From the NCBI GenBank assembly GCA_903894565.1, contig CAITQP010000009.1, positions 8,576 through 72,575 of the forward strand: a stretch of 64,000 nucleotides of DNA, in the 5' to 3' direction. Source of the stretch: an uncultured bacterium. Its GTDB lineage: Bacteria > Patescibacteriota > Minisyncoccia > Phycocordibacterales > UBA9973. The notes below the pieces were generated by a model. That model saw only the letters and a program-made list of their open reading frames with translations. It was not told where the DNA came from and ran no database searches. A program made the translations under genes and the position numbers. This document shows positions 1 to 9,800 of the stretch, in pieces (positions within the stretch are counted from its first letter, which is position 1; every line of letters starts with the position of its first letter).

Positions 1-1088
1 TCATTTACTTTGTGCTCGTCTGCTTCTTTTGGTTTGCCTCCAAACACAAGCTCTTTGCCAACACGCAAAAATTCAAACCCAATCTGTCGTCCAATACTGC
101 GGGCGGTTTTAACCGAATAGCCACTCTTTACGTCTTCGAGCACGAGATGAAAGCGATGCATCAATGCATCATCTTCCGGACAAAGTACAAACTGAATTGA
201 CGCTCCCTCCCCTTGTGCTTTCAGCTTACTAAATGCATTCAAAATAATATTCATTGGATCGTGATCAAATGAATCATATGTTTTGATTGGAAAAATATCG
301 TGCTCGGCAAATTTAGCGTATGAAGCAACGGCGGTTTCGCGACCTTCAGCAAACACATTGTAATCATCTGTAACCTCGACGAGCTTTGCATCAGGCTGAA
401 CAGCAAGCAACTGTTTTTCAAACAAATCTACTTTACCGCTCGGGATCGAAGCATAAATAACAAACTGTTCGCCGTTGTTTGAAAGCGCAATCTCAAGAGT
501 GAAGTGACTCTTGTCTTTGTTCTCGCGGCCAAAGCCAATCGAATGCATTCCGGCATAAAACTGTTCCATTGCTGACAGTAGTTCCTTGAGCCCTTTTTTC
601 TTGCCTTCGTCGACTTCAGGGAGTGTCACTTCAAACAAACGAGTATCGAGTGCACGATACAACACTGTTGATTCTTTCAATCCGGGGACCTTCCCTGTTG
701 ACTGAAGATACTGAACGAGAAACCGATGAAAATCATCAGCGACGTGAGGATTCTCCATCCCATCAACAATATCAAGTGCGTTTTTAATTCCATTTTCTAG
801 GAGCATTCCGAGAAGCTCTTCCATGATTGAGTCATGTGGCTCAGGTTTCAATCGAAGAACAAGCGCCTCCTGCTCTGAAGAAGTCAGCTTGTGTCCAGGG
901 GCAAGAACATCCTTTGAATCCATCCCCCGGTACGCCTGGATTGTCTCGCTAGCAATCTTTTCTTTATCCGGAGTTTTCCCTTGGAGGGATAACGCACGCT
1001 CTTGTTTTTCGAGGTGGGCGCGAAGGTATGCGACTTCTTCCTCGGGAGATTTGAACTGAGGTATGTTCTTGGCTTCGAATGATTCCAT
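1..1088 (-). CDS. hypothetical protein, C-terminus outside window
   Basis: Uninterrupted minus-strand frame from ATG at 1088 to the window edge, beginning MESFEAKNIPQFKSPEEEVAYLRAHLEKQE. Not in the ORF track because no stop lies inside the window. I checked one internal frame segment by hand. No family recognised. Confidence 0.5.
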   Translation of the reverse strand, partial: MESFEAKNIPQFKSPEEEVAYLRAHLEKQERALSLQGKTPDKEKIASETIQAYRGMDSKDVLAPGHKLTSSEQEALVLRLKPEPHDSIMEELLGMLLENGIKNALDIVDGMENPHVADDFHRFLVQYLQSTGKVPGLKESTVLYRALDTRLFEVTLPEVDEGKKKGLKELLSAMEQFYAGMHSIGFGRENKDKSHFTLEIALSNNGEQFVIYASIPSGKVDLFEKQLLAVQPDAKLVEVTDDYNVFAEGRETAVASYAKFAEHDIFPIKTYDSFDHDPMNIILNAFSKLKAQGEGASIQFVLCPEDDALMHRFHLVLEDVKSGYSVKTARSIGRQIGFEFLRVGKELVFGGKPKEADEHKVN

Positions 1089-1146
1089 ATCAATCTATTA
1101 TATCCCACAGATTGATTTATTTCACGGAACATACGACAATAGGGGT

Positions 1147-1524
1147 ATGAAGAAAACTATCGGAAATCATGAGTGGAAGAAATTGGCAGAAAAAAACGCC
1201 AAACATTTGGCAAATCTCCATATTGAAACACATAATGCAAAAAAGATTGCCGAGGTCTTCAAAGACATCTCAACGGTTACCGCCCTCGAATATCTCTTTG
1301 AACAGGCCGAAAAATATCGTAAAGAAAGCAAACATACCAAAGTCGCTACAATCCTCGAGGCGGCCAATTTGATCGACCGATCCACGGGGCTCGCAACTGA
1401 AATAACACTCAAATCAAAAGGCTCAGGCAAAAACCAAGACAGCGAACTCTACGTTCGCCGCTACACTCCCACTGAAATTTTTGAGGAACCGATCACCTAT
1501 CGCGAAATCATCGAAGAAGCATAA
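1147..1524 (+). CDS. hypothetical small protein (start chosen at MKKTIGNHEW within ORF 1063..1524)
   Basis: ORF track entry; Lys/Glu-rich; no recognisable motif. Confidence 0.35.
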   Translation: MKKTIGNHEWKKLAEKNAKHLANLHIETHNAKKIAEVFKDISTVTALEYLFEQAEKYRKESKHTKVATILEAANLIDRSTGLATEITLKSKGSGKNQDSELYVRRYTPTEIFEEPITYREIIEEA

Positions 1525-1543
1525 ACTTTACTTTGTCGGTTGG

Positions 1544-1679
1544 TATAAAAATACGCCCTTTGGCTTGTCTGCGAAATCTTGCTCGCGTAATAGATTTTTG
1601 TGCTTTATATTCTTTGCTTTGAAACCGCTCGCTCGGTCAGTCCTCGACTGCGCCAAAGGGGTATTTTTTACCAACCGAC
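1544..1679. terminator. long imperfect inverted repeat between convergent genes, candidate bidirectional terminator
   Basis: gtcggttggtataaaaatacgccctttggc at 1544-1573 is near-complementary to gccaaaggggtattttttaccaaccgac at 1652-1679. It sits between the stops of 1147..1524(+) and map(-). Confidence 0.4.
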
Positions 1680-1700
1680 GTGGTAATTCTGTATTCACAA

Positions 1701-2474
1701 TTAGACAAGAGTCAATATTTCGTACCCTGTGTCGGTAATGAGTACTGTGTGCTCGAAATGGGCGGCTGTTGAGCCGTCAATTGTTTTAAGCGTGTAGCCA
1801 TCCCCTGTCTCGTCAACGTGTTCTGTGCCAAGTGTGAGCATTGGTTCGATAGCGATAATCATTCCTGGGACGAGTGGATCACCTGTGTGCGCCTTTCCAT
1901 AGTTTGGAATATATGGATCCTCATGAATTGCTTTGCCAACACCGTGACCTGCAAGCACTTTGATGATGCCGTATTTACCATGCTTTTTCGCGTATGAGGA
2001 AACAGCAAATCCAATATCACCAACTCGTGCACCCGGTTTTATCGCCTCGATTCCCTCGTACATTGATTGTTCAGTAACGGAGAGAAGTTTCTGTTTTTCT
2101 TTTGTGAGTGTGCCGACGCCAACTGTGACCGCGTGATCAGTAAAAAGTCCTTTGTGATTGAGACCAAGATCAAGCGACACAACATCACCTTCTTTCAATA
2201 TTGTCGTATCTTTTGGAATACCATGCACGACTTCTGCATTCACGGAAACACACAATGCTGCGGGATACGCTTTGCGATGTCCGACTGGCTTATACCCCAA
2301 AAATGCAGGCGTGTCACCAAGTTTTTTGATTTCATTTTGTGCGAAGAGATCGAGCTCAGTCGCTGAAATTCCTGGGCGGACTTGTTTTGCCGTATCAGCA
2401 AGTACTTGGGCAAGTCGTCGTCCTCCTTCGCGGATAATTTCAATTTCTTTCGGTGTTTTGATGATGATTGCCAT
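1701..2474 (-). CDS. map: methionine aminopeptidase type I
   Basis: 257 aa with MetAP metal-ligand regions (DLGLNHKG.., HGVG, IEPM). Position downstream of adk as in conserved clusters. Confidence 0.9.
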   Translation of the reverse strand: MAIIIKTPKEIEIIREGGRRLAQVLADTAKQVRPGISATELDLFAQNEIKKLGDTPAFLGYKPVGHRKAYPAALCVSVNAEVVHGIPKDTTILKEGDVVSLDLGLNHKGLFTDHAVTVGVGTLTKEKQKLLSVTEQSMYEGIEAIKPGARVGDIGFAVSSYAKKHGKYGIIKVLAGHGVGKAIHEDPYIPNYGKAHTGDPLVPGMIIAIEPMLTLGTEHVDETGDGYTLKTIDGSTAAHFEHTVLITDTGYEILTLV

Positions 2475-2477
2475 ATA

Positions 2478-3164
2478 CTATCGAATAACTGTTCCAACAA
2501 ATTCTTTCCCGTCGAGATACGCTGAAAGATTTTCCAAATTCTTACCGTTCATTACTGCAACTTCAAGCCCGAGTTCTTGTGCCATCTTGGCAGCAATCGG
2601 ATCAAACGGAGCATTGAATCCAGGATCCCATGTCTCTGGGAGCAGTTTACGGAAGTCGTCCCACGATGATGCTTTAATCGGAGTTGCGGTCGTATCTTTA
2701 CGTGGGTCCGCGGTGTAAACGTAATCAATATTTGAAAGATTGATTACGTTCTTCGCACCAAGTGATTTTGCGAGTGTTACCGCAGCTCCATCACTCGAGT
2801 GACCAGGTTCATATCCGCCACCAACGAGTACAGACTTGCCGGTGAGTGAAAGCTCCCGCGGGTCGAGGTATATCAGAGGCTCAGCAACATCTCCTATCGC
2901 GAGGCGTAACAATTCGGCATTGTATCGAGTCGTATAAATTCCGAGCCAATCGAGTTCATCATTCGATGGAGTGCGTGCTTTGCGAAGTGCGTCTTGATAT
3001 TCGCGACACAATTTTCCACCACCAGTGATGATCGCAAAGCGCTCCCCTTTTTCTGCGCGCGTACGAATGAGTGTACTAATTGCACTCACATAGTCGCCAT
3101 CAACACGGTCAGGACAAATGAGTGACCCACCGAGAGAAATGACTGTCCAAGAAATATTTTCCAT
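2478..3164 (-). CDS. amino acid kinase family protein, putative archaeal-type uridylate kinase
   Basis: 228 aa with ISLGGSLI and ITGGG glycine-rich motifs typical of the aspartate/glutamate/uridylate kinase fold. Lies between adk and map. Confidence 0.5.
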   Translation of the reverse strand: MENISWTVISLGGSLICPDRVDGDYVSAISTLIRTRAEKGERFAIITGGGKLCREYQDALRKARTPSNDELDWLGIYTTRYNAELLRLAIGDVAEPLIYLDPRELSLTGKSVLVGGGYEPGHSSDGAAVTLAKSLGAKNVINLSNIDYVYTADPRKDTTATPIKASSWDDFRKLLPETWDPGFNAPFDPIAAKMAQELGLEVAVMNGKNLENLSAYLDGKEFVGTVIR

Positions 3165-3167
3165 AAA

Positions 3168-3776
3168 TTAAAAACCGAGCGCCTTTTTGATATCTTCATG
3201 CACAGCCTCGATCGACTGCGCGCCATTGATTGTGTGAAGTGTGTATCCAGACTTGGTCTTGAGTGCCTGCATCGCAGGAATGACGTTCGTCTCATATTCC
3301 CAGAATCTACGATTGATACCTTCGTCGGTATCATCAGAACGTCCGCGAAGCTTCATACGTTTGATGACTTCTTCTTTTGAAACTTCGATATATACGATCT
3401 CAACATTCTCGCGTTTGTAAAAATCCATCGCGCTCGTAAAGGCAGCTTCTTGCTCAAGTGTGCGAGGATATCCGTCGGCGATGAGATGGCAATCCGCTGT
3501 GAGTTCACGGATGAGAATATTCGTAAAGACCCCAATGGTCAAGAAATCAGGCTGAAGCTCACCACGCTCAAGTTTGGCCTTCACGAGGCTGCCTGTATAG
3601 CCATCACCGGCAGTCAATGCGCGGTATTCGTTGCCAGGGTAGGCATACACTATCTTGAGACCATCGCGCTCGGCAAGAAGCTTCTTCAAAAGCTCAACTT
3701 GAGTACCCTTCCCAGCCCCCACAATCCCAAAAAATACATAGGTTTTCGGTGCGTTCATATGGCTCGAATATACCAT
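3168..3776 (-). CDS. adk: adenylate kinase (alternative start at 3758)
   Basis: P-loop GIVGAGKGTQ, LID-region RSDD, overall Adk similarity. Confidence 0.85.
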   Translation of the reverse strand: MVYSSHMNAPKTYVFFGIVGAGKGTQVELLKKLLAERDGLKIVYAYPGNEYRALTAGDGYTGSLVKAKLERGELQPDFLTIGVFTNILIRELTADCHLIADGYPRTLEQEAAFTSAMDFYKRENVEIVYIEVSKEEVIKRMKLRGRSDDTDEGINRRFWEYETNVIPAMQALKTKSGYTLHTINGAQSIEAVHEDIKKALGF

Positions 3777-4296
3777 ATCAAACGAGAAGTTACGAGTGCG
3801 AAAAAGGAGCTCCCTTTTTTCGTTTCGCAGCGATTTTCTTAGGGTCGAGCGTCGGCTGAAATGTGAGCTTTCGGTTCCTTCTACTTATAAATACAAAGCT
3901 TGCCCTCGGTCGTGCGTAAGCCACATATTTATACTATACTTGACAAGGTACCGTAATTACAGGGCTTAGAAGCAATGATGAAAAATGTACTCGTCATAAT
4001 ACTGGGTTTATTATTTTGAATTTAAAATAAATATTTTATGGGGCACGAATCATTTGGGTTTGGTGGAATTGATGCTGTTGTTGGCAAGTCAACAGATATG
4101 GAAAAGAAAGTCCTAGTAGAGAAGCTTGAAAATTTCTTCCACGAAGGAACAGTAAATTCTAATATAGGCAGAGAATATTTGCGATTTGAGGTTGGTAAAA
4201 CACCCGAAGATTTGAAAATCATCGAAAAAGCAAATACTTCCACAAGTAAGTATAGGAGCCGGTTTAGACAGGATTTTTTTACCGTCCCTGAAAAAA

Positions 4297-6216
4297 ATGT
4301 ACACATTTTTTTCACACCCAAAACGGATCAACCCAGAGTCAGGTAGAGGGTCCTTTGTTTCAATTGACCAAAGTGTTTTCTTGGAGAGGAGTTCTGATTA
4401 TGACAAGAATTTAGCAGCAGCGACTCATGAATTTTTGCACGCTAAATCACATAATAAACTGAAGGATAAAACATACAAAAGACTATTCGGGCTGCTAAGA
4501 AAGGGTCATCAAGTAGAGACATATCGCTCTGGCCTAATTGTCGTCAGGGAGAACGAGAGAGTCTTTGACAATCTAAATGAAGCAATAGCTGAAAATATTA
4601 CATCAAAAATATGCTGGGGTGACATAAAAAACACGTTATCTCCCGAGCAATTAAAAACTTTTGAAGAATTTTCTCAAGAATTGGGTGTAAAAATTGAAAA
4701 CCTTTATAGGTTCGGTAAAAGCGAACTAGAAAAAGGTACCCTTTCAATTCAGAATCCGTACCTGAAACAATTGCAAATATATAAAAAATTGATTGACACG
4801 GTGGCGCATAACCTAAAGATTCCTTCTGATGAAGTTGAATTTTCGTTCGAAGAAGCATTTTTTACCGGAAAGCTTCATAAAGTTGCTCACATGCTTGATA
4901 ATGCGTGTGGCGCGGGTACGTTTATGGGCCTTGCTCAGGCAGATACTTGCAGTACTCTTGATCCAGTAGAATCTTCACTTAACTCACCGACAAACCTTGA
5001 AAACTGCGTGAATCTGCTAATTTCTGAATCAACAAAAAAAGAGGCGGCGAATAAGGAGATAAAAGAAAACGCATTGAAAGATTTAAAACGATGGATGTAC
5101 GTCTACGACTATTCGAAATTTACGTGGGAGTCCATGTATGACTTTTTGAAGAAAATTAAAATTGAAATTAAAAAAGATGAGAATACCTATAATTATGACC
5201 TAAATAGCTTTGAACAAACAGAATTAACATCGTTGCTTAGAGAATTAGAAGATATTCTACTGACGCAAAAACAAAAATGGATTAGTTCTGTGGAAAAAGG
5301 AAGTAAGGAGTCCCTGCTTTTGAGTACGGGGAATTGGGATATGGGATACGACGGAAAACTTAAACCGCTAGCACAGAACCCTATACTTCTCGGCGGGGTT
5401 CATGGAAATGAAAAAACTTTGCCAGACGAACTGGACAAATTTTTGAGCTATAACAAAGAGACTGGTCAGTATAAACTTGACTCAACCAAGGCATACGTGA
5501 ACCATAAAGTAAATTCTCCGGCGCTAGGAATGGGTGTTCGTTCATATTCGACAACTGATTCTCGTGCTTCTGAGGATGCGGATATGAACCGCTCAGAGAT
5601 TGTCGACGAAGTAACAAAAAAAATAAAGGAAGAAACTTTGAGCCAAATTTCAGGATTTGAAAGGCCGTTTATTCTAGATATGCATAACGACGATAAAAAT
5701 GAAATGCCATACGCGGCTTTTACTGTTCCTGACAATTTTTCTCCAAATGATGCTATCGACGATTCATTGTTATTCAAAATAAAATTAGCAGAAGAACTTG
5801 GCTTAAAAAATTTTACTATGGTGGATCCCGAATTCGCGAATGGAACAATGGTAGGCGATGCAAAAATTAAAAATAAAAATGCTGATGGGATGATTATTGA
5901 GGTTCCCAGTAATGATACAAGCAATATGTCCGCAAAAATTGCGCTGAAATATCTTTCTATGAACAATGTTGTAACGGGACTTGGGTTCAGCAAGACGAGT
6001 GTTCCATTTCAACTTGAAAATTCCTTAAATGATTCTTTTCTTGCCGTTACAACAGATGATGAAATCGAAATCGTTTACTATAAGGTAAATAAAAACGTTG
6101 ATGAGAATCTGCACCCAAAAAATCAAGTCCCGGATAGAGAATATATGATTCGTAACAATGTACCGATAGAGGTCCAGAAACTAAAGATAAAGAATGGATT
6201 TTTCACTTCTGATTAA
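4297..6216 (+). CDS. large hypothetical protein with C-terminal AstE/AspA-like (succinylglutamate desuccinylase/aspartoacylase) zinc hydrolase motifs
   Basis: 639 aa, visibly AT-rich. GGVHGNE (H369, E372), DADMNR (N430, R431) and DMH (H463) match the HxxE, NR and H zinc/substrate motifs of the AstE/AspA family, with similar spacing. Confidence 0.55.
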   Translation: MYTFFSHPKRINPESGRGSFVSIDQSVFLERSSDYDKNLAAATHEFLHAKSHNKLKDKTYKRLFGLLRKGHQVETYRSGLIVVRENERVFDNLNEAIAENITSKICWGDIKNTLSPEQLKTFEEFSQELGVKIENLYRFGKSELEKGTLSIQNPYLKQLQIYKKLIDTVAHNLKIPSDEVEFSFEEAFFTGKLHKVAHMLDNACGAGTFMGLAQADTCSTLDPVESSLNSPTNLENCVNLLISESTKKEAANKEIKENALKDLKRWMYVYDYSKFTWESMYDFLKKIKIEIKKDENTYNYDLNSFEQTELTSLLRELEDILLTQKQKWISSVEKGSKESLLLSTGNWDMGYDGKLKPLAQNPILLGGVHGNEKTLPDELDKFLSYNKETGQYKLDSTKAYVNHKVNSPALGMGVRSYSTTDSRASEDADMNRSEIVDEVTKKIKEETLSQISGFERPFILDMHNDDKNEMPYAAFTVPDNFSPNDAIDDSLLFKIKLAEELGLKNFTMVDPEFANGTMVGDAKIKNKNADGMIIEVPSNDTSNMSAKIALKYLSMNNVVTGLGFSKTSVPFQLENSLNDSFLAVTTDDEIEIVYYKVNKNVDENLHPKNQVPDREYMIRNNVPIEVQKLKIKNGFFTSD

Positions 6217-6318
6217 CAGGAAAAGTCTACACCGGATCGTATAATTATTTATCAAATTTAAGAATGTTCAGTCCCCGAAATCAAATCGACGACCGAATCG
6301 AAACCGCATTTGCTTGCA

Positions 6319-6429
6319 CAAAAAAGCCACACACTACGGGAAGGACTCTCGGAGCGCGACGGCGCGAGAGGGAGGCGACATTTCTTCGGAAATGTACGCC
6401 GGTCCTTACTGTAGTGTGTGGCTTTTGTG
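6319..6429. repeat. structured GC-rich repeat element, family 2, copy A
   Basis: Core cggagcgcgacggcgcgag..gaggcga..tacgc.ggt is shared with 27678-27796. Flanked by a ~19-bp inverted repeat (caaaaaagccacacactac / gtagtgtgtggcttttgtg). Inner hairpin has a cttcgg loop. Confidence 0.6.
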
Positions 6430-6456
6430 TGCGCGCAGATGCGGGCAAGAACAGTC

Positions 6457-7731
6457 TTAGTACTCGTGCATCGAAATCTGAGCATCAACCTTTTTGATGA
6501 GGTCGAGAATCACAGAAACGACGATGAGAAGTGCCGTACCTCCAAGCGCAATCGAAGTGATACCAGTGACGGCACGAGCAACGAGTGGCAAGACGGCGAT
6601 GACACCGAGGAACAATGCTCCAACGAGCGTGATACGTGAGACCACACCTGAGAGATACTGTTCGGTCGAAAGACCTGGACGAATACCGGGGATGAAGGCA
6701 CCTCCCTTCTGGAGATTTTCCGCCATCTGCTGTGGATCAAACGTCACTGCTGTATAGAAGTAGGTGAAGACGAACACGAGCACGAAGTAGATGATGCCGT
6801 AGAGCCATGTCGTCTGCGAGAAATTCGCAAGCGCACGACCAATAGCAAGCAAGTGACTATTGTGAGCAAACGTCGTCATGAGATTTCCAATGAGCTGCGG
6901 CAAGAGCAAGATTGAGAGCGCGAAGATGATTGGGATCACTCCAGCTTGGTTCACACGAAGTGGAACGTACGTTGAAACTCCTCCAGTCGATCCTCCTCCA
7001 CGTACCTGACGTGCATACGTAACAGGGATTGGGCGCTCAGCTTCCGTGATCACAACAACACCAACGATGAGCGCGAGCCCAAGGATGATGAAGAGTGCGT
7101 AAAATGGAATCTGTGCGACACTGAATGTGAAGAGTGTCTGACTAATGTGTGTTGGAAGTGCGGCAATAATACCAGCGAAAATGATGACTGAAATACCGTT
7201 TGATACTCCAAATTCTGTCATCACTTCTCCAAGCCACATGAGGAAGAGTGATCCTGCAGTCACAACCACGAGACTCGTGATGAGCGCGACTGGCGCAAGA
7301 TGACTAAAGATTCCCTGCTTCTCAAGGAGCAACATGAGTCCGAGACCCTGCAAGAGCGCAAGCGGAATTGCAAGAATACGTGAGTATTGTGCAAACGTCT
7401 TACGTCCTGCCTCACCTTCGTCTTGGTTCAACGCCTTCAAGCGAGCACTCATCATCGTGAGCAACTGCATGATAATCGAAGCCGTAATGTATGGTCCAAC
7501 ACCAAGCATGATGATCGAAAGCGTCGTGAGTCCTCCTCCAGAGAAGAGGTTCAACACTCCGAAGAACTGGTTGTTCGCGAGAAATTGTGCGAGACGAGCT
7601 GGATCAACTCCAGGAACTGGAATTGTCGCAAGCAAGCGGAAGACCACGAGCAAACCAAGCATGACGAACATGCGGTTGCGCAAAGCCTTATCGCGCCAAA
7701 TGATCTTGAGCTTTGAAAAAAAAGTATTCAT
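6457..7731 (-). CDS. secY: preprotein translocase subunit SecY
   Basis: 424 aa, 10-TM profile, SecY signature regions, follows rplO. Confidence 0.95.
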   Translation of the reverse strand: MNTFFSKLKIIWRDKALRNRMFVMLGLLVVFRLLATIPVPGVDPARLAQFLANNQFFGVLNLFSGGGLTTLSIIMLGVGPYITASIIMQLLTMMSARLKALNQDEGEAGRKTFAQYSRILAIPLALLQGLGLMLLLEKQGIFSHLAPVALITSLVVVTAGSLFLMWLGEVMTEFGVSNGISVIIFAGIIAALPTHISQTLFTFSVAQIPFYALFIILGLALIVGVVVITEAERPIPVTYARQVRGGGSTGGVSTYVPLRVNQAGVIPIIFALSILLLPQLIGNLMTTFAHNSHLLAIGRALANFSQTTWLYGIIYFVLVFVFTYFYTAVTFDPQQMAENLQKGGAFIPGIRPGLSTEQYLSGVVSRITLVGALFLGVIAVLPLVARAVTGITSIALGGTALLIVVSVILDLIKKVDAQISMHEY

Positions 7732-7747
7732 AGTGGTTCGAAAGCGA

Positions 7748-8182
7748 TTACGCTTCTACTGTTCCTCCGACTTTTTCGATTGCTGCTTTTGCTGTCGCTG
7801 AAAGCGTACAGCCTTTGACTGAGAGTTTCTTTGAAAGTGTTCCACGAGCAAGAATCTTGACGCGTGGGTTGTTTCCTCCCTTCACGCGAACAACTTTCTT
7901 TGCCATGAGTGTCTCAAGTGACACTACCTCCCCTGCATTATACGCAGTGTTGAGTGCATCGAGGTTGATTGCGTAGAATGTGTTCTGGATTGAAGCGAAT
8001 TTGTATCCGCGGAGCTTTGGGATCTTTTTGATCGCATCTCGAAGTTCTGGGCGGCGCTTGTTACCAGCACGAGCAGTCTGTCCTTTGCCTCCACGTCCTG
8101 AAGTCTTACCATGGCGTCCGCCACGGCCAAGCTGAACATGAGACTTTTCTTTTATGTTTCGTTTTACTGTATGTGTTTGCAT
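7748..8182 (-). CDS. rplO: 50S ribosomal protein L15
   Basis: GRGGRHGKTSGRGGKGQ motif. Start trimmed to MQTHTVKRN to avoid overlap with rpsE. Confidence 0.9.
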   Translation of the reverse strand: MQTHTVKRNIKEKSHVQLGRGGRHGKTSGRGGKGQTARAGNKRRPELRDAIKKIPKLRGYKFASIQNTFYAINLDALNTAYNAGEVVSLETLMAKKVVRVKGGNNPRVKILARGTLSKKLSVKGCTLSATAKAAIEKVGGTVEA

Positions 8183-8198
8183 ATATTTCTCCTCGAGA

Positions 8199-8885
8199 TT
8201 ACTTCGCGACCACAGCGGATTCTTCAGCAAGCTTTACTGTTGCAGCAGCGGCTTCAGCACGGTCAGAAGCAATCTTGTGATGGATGACTTTTGTACCGAT
8301 AGCTTCAAACGCTTTCATTGTTGCGCGAGCATTGTTGAGCTTGTTCTTTGAACCTGAGAGGATCTTTGTCGTTACATCCTTAACTCCAGCAAGGAGAAGC
8401 ATGTCACGTGTTGCACTTCCTGAGATGAGTCCGCGTCCACGGTTCGGCATGAGCATAACTCGTGCTGAAGAGAACTTTGCAGAAATATCATGTGGGAGTG
8501 ACTGTGTCTTCGTGAGCTTCAACTTGAGCATGTTTTTCTTGGCAGCCTTTTGAGCCTTTTGGATTGCCATTGATGTATCAATAGCTTTTCCGGTTCCAAG
8601 TCCTACCATTCCCTTGCGGTCACCAATAGCGAGCGCAACACTAAACGTCATACGACGTCCACCTGAGACCACACGAGTCACGCGACGAATCGCGAGAATC
8701 TTCTGGTCATACTCAGGCTTCGCGCGCTCAGTAAATGGGCGACGTCCACCTGGACGTGAGCCACCTGGGCGAGCACCTGCACCTCCTGCACCACCGCGAG
8801 AACCGCCGTATGATGAACCTCCGCGAGAAGCTCCACCACGAGCGCTTGATCCAGCTGGTTTTGTTGTATTTGTAGTTTCAGCCAT
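8199..8885 (-). CDS. rpsE: 30S ribosomal protein S5 with Gly/Arg-rich N-terminal extension
   Basis: S5 dsRBD and C-terminal domain (..GRRMTFSVALAIGD.., ..NARATMKAFEAIG..). ~60-aa G/R/S-rich N-terminal tail. Confidence 0.9.
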   Translation of the reverse strand: MAETTNTTKPAGSSARGGASRGGSSYGGSRGGAGGAGARPGGSRPGGRRPFTERAKPEYDQKILAIRRVTRVVSGGRRMTFSVALAIGDRKGMVGLGTGKAIDTSMAIQKAQKAAKKNMLKLKLTKTQSLPHDISAKFSSARVMLMPNRGRGLISGSATRDMLLLAGVKDVTTKILSGSKNKLNNARATMKAFEAIGTKVIHHKIASDRAEAAAATVKLAEESAVVAK

Positions 8886-8890
8886 AGAAT

Positions 8891-9238
8891 TTAGAAGTTA
8901 AGGCCACTCGCACGTGCTGCGTCGGCAAGAATTTTAACACGACCTGCGTAGCGGAAACCGCCACGATCGAAGACGACTGTAGTAATTCCCTTTTCTTTCA
9001 AAAGGCCTGCAATAGTCTTTCCAACGAATTCAGCTCCTGCAACTTTGGTTCCCTTTTGTGCGGAATCACTTGCAGCAACGAGTGTGATCTGTTTGTTGTC
9101 GTCGATAGCCTGTGCGTAGATGAATTTGTTTGAGCGGAAGACAGCGAGACGTGGACGCTTTGCGTCACCAGCGATTCGCATACGGATCTTCTTCTTCAAA
9201 CGCATGCGCTTTTCAGTTTTGATGTTTTTTGTTTTCAT
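8891..9238 (-). CDS. rplR: 50S ribosomal protein L18
   Basis: 115 aa, FDRGGFRYAGRVKILADAARASGLNF C-terminal signature. Confidence 0.9.
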   Translation of the reverse strand: MKTKNIKTEKRMRLKKKIRMRIAGDAKRPRLAVFRSNKFIYAQAIDDNKQITLVAASDSAQKGTKVAGAEFVGKTIAGLLKEKGITTVVFDRGGFRYAGRVKILADAARASGLNF

Positions 9239-9258
9239 ACTATTTATCTATTTACTGA

Positions 9259-9795
9259 TTACGCAGCCTTCTTACCCTGCTTGCGACGGATAACCTCAGT
9301 ATCGTAACGGAATCCCTTACCCTTATATGGCTCAGGCTTTTTCATTGCGCGTACCTTGGCTGCAAATTGACCGACCATTTCTTTGTCTACACCAGTGATC
9401 GTGATGTTGTTCTTCTCAGCAGTAACCGTGAGGCCTGTTGGGATTGGGACAACGACACCGTGAGAGAATCCAAGTGCGAGGTTGAGGTCTGTACCTTTGA
9501 CTTCACTCTTAAATCCAACTCCTTCGAGAATGAGTTTCTTCGCGTATGGAGTGTTTACACCGGCAAGCATGTTTTTGACATGTGATGCGTATGTGCCCCA
9601 GAGTGCACGAGAAAAGATGTCTGAATCATTCTTTGGTTTGAGAGTGACATAGCCACCGTCAATGAGAATGATGACATCAGGTTTGACCTCGCGAGTGAGA
9701 GTGCCTTTCGGACCTGTAACTGTGAGGACACCAGCGTCGAGTTTGACCTCTGTACCGGCTGGAATTGGGATGGGTTGTTTAGCGATTCGTGACAT
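9259..9795 (-). CDS. rplF: 50S ribosomal protein L6
   Basis: 178 aa with the two-domain L6 pattern (MSRIAKQPIPIPAGTEV...). Confidence 0.9.
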   Translation of the reverse strand: MSRIAKQPIPIPAGTEVKLDAGVLTVTGPKGTLTREVKPDVIILIDGGYVTLKPKNDSDIFSRALWGTYASHVKNMLAGVNTPYAKKLILEGVGFKSEVKGTDLNLALGFSHGVVVPIPTGLTVTAEKNNITITGVDKEMVGQFAAKVRAMKKPEPYKGKGFRYDTEVIRRKQGKKAA

Positions 9796-9800
9796 ATAAT

